From Podarcis pityusensis (taxonomy: Eukaryota), in the NCBI GenBank assembly GCA_964106645.2, contig OZ067039.1: a stretch of 64,000 nt of DNA; one strand, 5' to 3'. This document shows, piece after piece, positions 61,820 to 64,000 of this stretch. The position numbers and the translations under genes were made by a program. The notes beneath the pieces were generated by a model. The model saw nothing but the letters and a program-made list of their open reading frames with translations. It was not told the origin of the DNA and did not search any database. Numbering within the stretch: the first letter of the stretch is position 1; each line of letters begins with the position of its first letter.

Positions 61820-64000
61820 TATACTGTATATATATCGCTATATAAAAAGTACCGAAGTGGTTTACAACAATATCTATATACAGTACAAACCATATACATA
61901 TTTCAAATCAGAGGCCATCAACAAACTTTGATGGTTACTTTATACAGCAATACAATGCTTTGCTCACAGAGCACTCTTTTCAACGTTGTACATCATGCTG
62001 CTTTAAAAGCTAAACTTTAATCTGTAATTAATTCTAACAAAAGAATACAACATGTTGCATAATTCAGTTTATATTTTTGTCTGGGGAGGGAAAGGGATGC
62101 TACTAATATGTATTAAAAAGGTGATTCGGTGAGCTCCAGCCACAAACATTCATGGGTAATTATAAATACCAGCATGAACACAAATATCCCTTTCCTATTA
62201 CTCCCATGAAACATCCTTTTGGCCGAGGCCTATAGAATAACACAGAGGGAGAAGCTAGCTGCCACTCAAAGCAAAGAGAAGGGGGGACCCCACATACTTT
62301 CCTACACTACCTGCCTCAAGTGGGAGGCCCCTCATCTACTTAGTGCCATCTGTAGGGATGAAGCGGTGCCCTAGGAACAACTAAGCCAAACGTATATGGC
62401 CTATAGAGGATCAGCTCAAGGGCTGGGGAAATGAGAGAGACACTTGATTTTGTATGGAGACATGCTTGTTCTGTAATAGAAACTCACTACCCTGGGTATG
62501 GCTCCCTCCATAGCTCAGTGGAAACTAGCTGTAGCCTGTCTTACCTATGTAGCAGCTCTTAGCTGCTCTGCTGAGTTGTTCACAAATAAGTACAGCTTCC
62601 GAAGATCTCCTGACACTCCTGCTGCTTCCTGGTATTAGGACAAACCTGTTGCAAGGTTTCTTCCCAAACCCACAGGATGCCACAGATTTGCCCAACAACT
62701 TCAGTGTCCTAACTCCTTCCCATAAACAAATGAGAAATACCCTAAAGACTCTGGTGCTAATAATGCACACCTCCAATCAGTCTGTAAATTGCTGTCAGCT
62801 GAATCCAATTTCTGATTACAGCTTGGGTGTTGATTAATACACAGTTAGGCAAATTACCTACACCCAGAAAGGAAAAGTGAAGAAGAAATTTAGCTTTGCT
62901 TACAGAAATAGCAGTACACAGAAGGCTTAAATGCAGGATACTTTGAGTTCCTCACTATGCGCAAATCAGCAGAGCAGTCTCATGTCCCTGGCACAGCTTG
63001 CCAAGAAACAATGCTGTGTTTTATAAAGCAAAGAGATAGAAACCGGACGAAAAAATATTTCCCTGTTTTTCACCATTAGAGATTGAGGAACAGCTGGCCA
63101 CAGATTATGGGCTACTTTCTTAATGGGGGGGGGGGGCGGGGGAACACCTCAACTTAAAAAAATTAACCAGGAGGAGGTCTCGACCAAAACACAACCATAA
63201 ATACATGAAATTCTAGCATAACTAGGGAAGACCATGAAATATTTGGGGTAGTTGTTAAATCTTCACATATGGGTTTATTAGTTTAATGATGATAATATAG
63301 CCATACATGTAAATGTGTCTACTCCAGATTGTGTGTTATAAACACATGCAAAGAAGCCCCAGCATAGATGAAAGGAGGGCTGGAAGGGCTCTGTTTGTTT
63401 ACACTAAATTAAAGACAGACATAAGTTACTGCATTGTCCCGTCAAGTGCAGCCTGATATCCAATATCAGTAAACTGGCACTAGCTGGTGTTTGCAGACCG
63501 GGGGGGGGGGGCAGGGGGGAGGGAGAGAAGGGCTTTCTAAGCCTCTAATGGCCAGCTGTGACTTTGAATGTGCAGAAAGAACTGTCAGCACAAATAATGG
63601 CATCTCAAATCCAGACAACTGCTTGCCACCAAGAGGTGGTTTGTATTTGTGCCAAAATGGATTCTGAGAGGCCAGCAAAGAGGACTTTAATTCTACCAAA
63701 GAAAAATGAAATGCGGCCGGGGCTGGGGGGGGGGGGAGAGAAGTTCGGGATCTTACATTTTGTGGATGAGCACTCGATGGCTCTCCTGTCAGCAGCTCAT
63801 CGTTTAGCTCGCCAGCTATGAAGGGCATGGACATTAAATCCCTCTTGCCCTAAGCTGGCCCTGCCGCGTGGAATGCTGGCAGAATCCTGAGCTCGGTCTC
63901 CTGCCTGCTGAAATGAAAAGCCTGGCCATCTGTTGGGAGGCAAAGATTTCCCTGTCAACTGATGCCTGCTCAGAGCCTCCGACAGGCCCTTATGTGGCAA

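Overview
Vertebrate (squamate reptile, probably lacertid lizard; inferred from Sauria SINE, BovB and the MITE set) genomic DNA. It lies entirely inside the minus-strand gene for the COE-family transcription factor EBF1. Three coding exons are present (59717-59798, 34588-34729, 8127-8257/8260; end of the DNA-binding domain to the start of the IPT/TIG domain), separated by ~25-26 kb introns full of transposable elements: Sauria SINEs, BovB/RTE, CR1, L1, hAT and Tc1/mariner-type MITEs, solo LTRs and a Penelope-like fragment carrying a minimal hammerhead-ribozyme motif. The most unusual region is a ~6.2 kb plus-strand Ngaro/DIRS-like tyrosine-recombinase retroelement (42858-49091). Its gag/RT-RNaseH/YR core is decayed, but its 3' end carries repeated cassettes of [3' splice-site-like sequence - SGNH hydrolase ORF - ~300-nt multi-hairpin element - AATAAA-like signal]. 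One hydrolase ORF is fully intact, and the hairpin element appears to keep its pairing between two strongly diverged copies. Repeat family names come from recognising sequence motifs by eye, not from database searches. Most ORFs in the supplied track are spurious.
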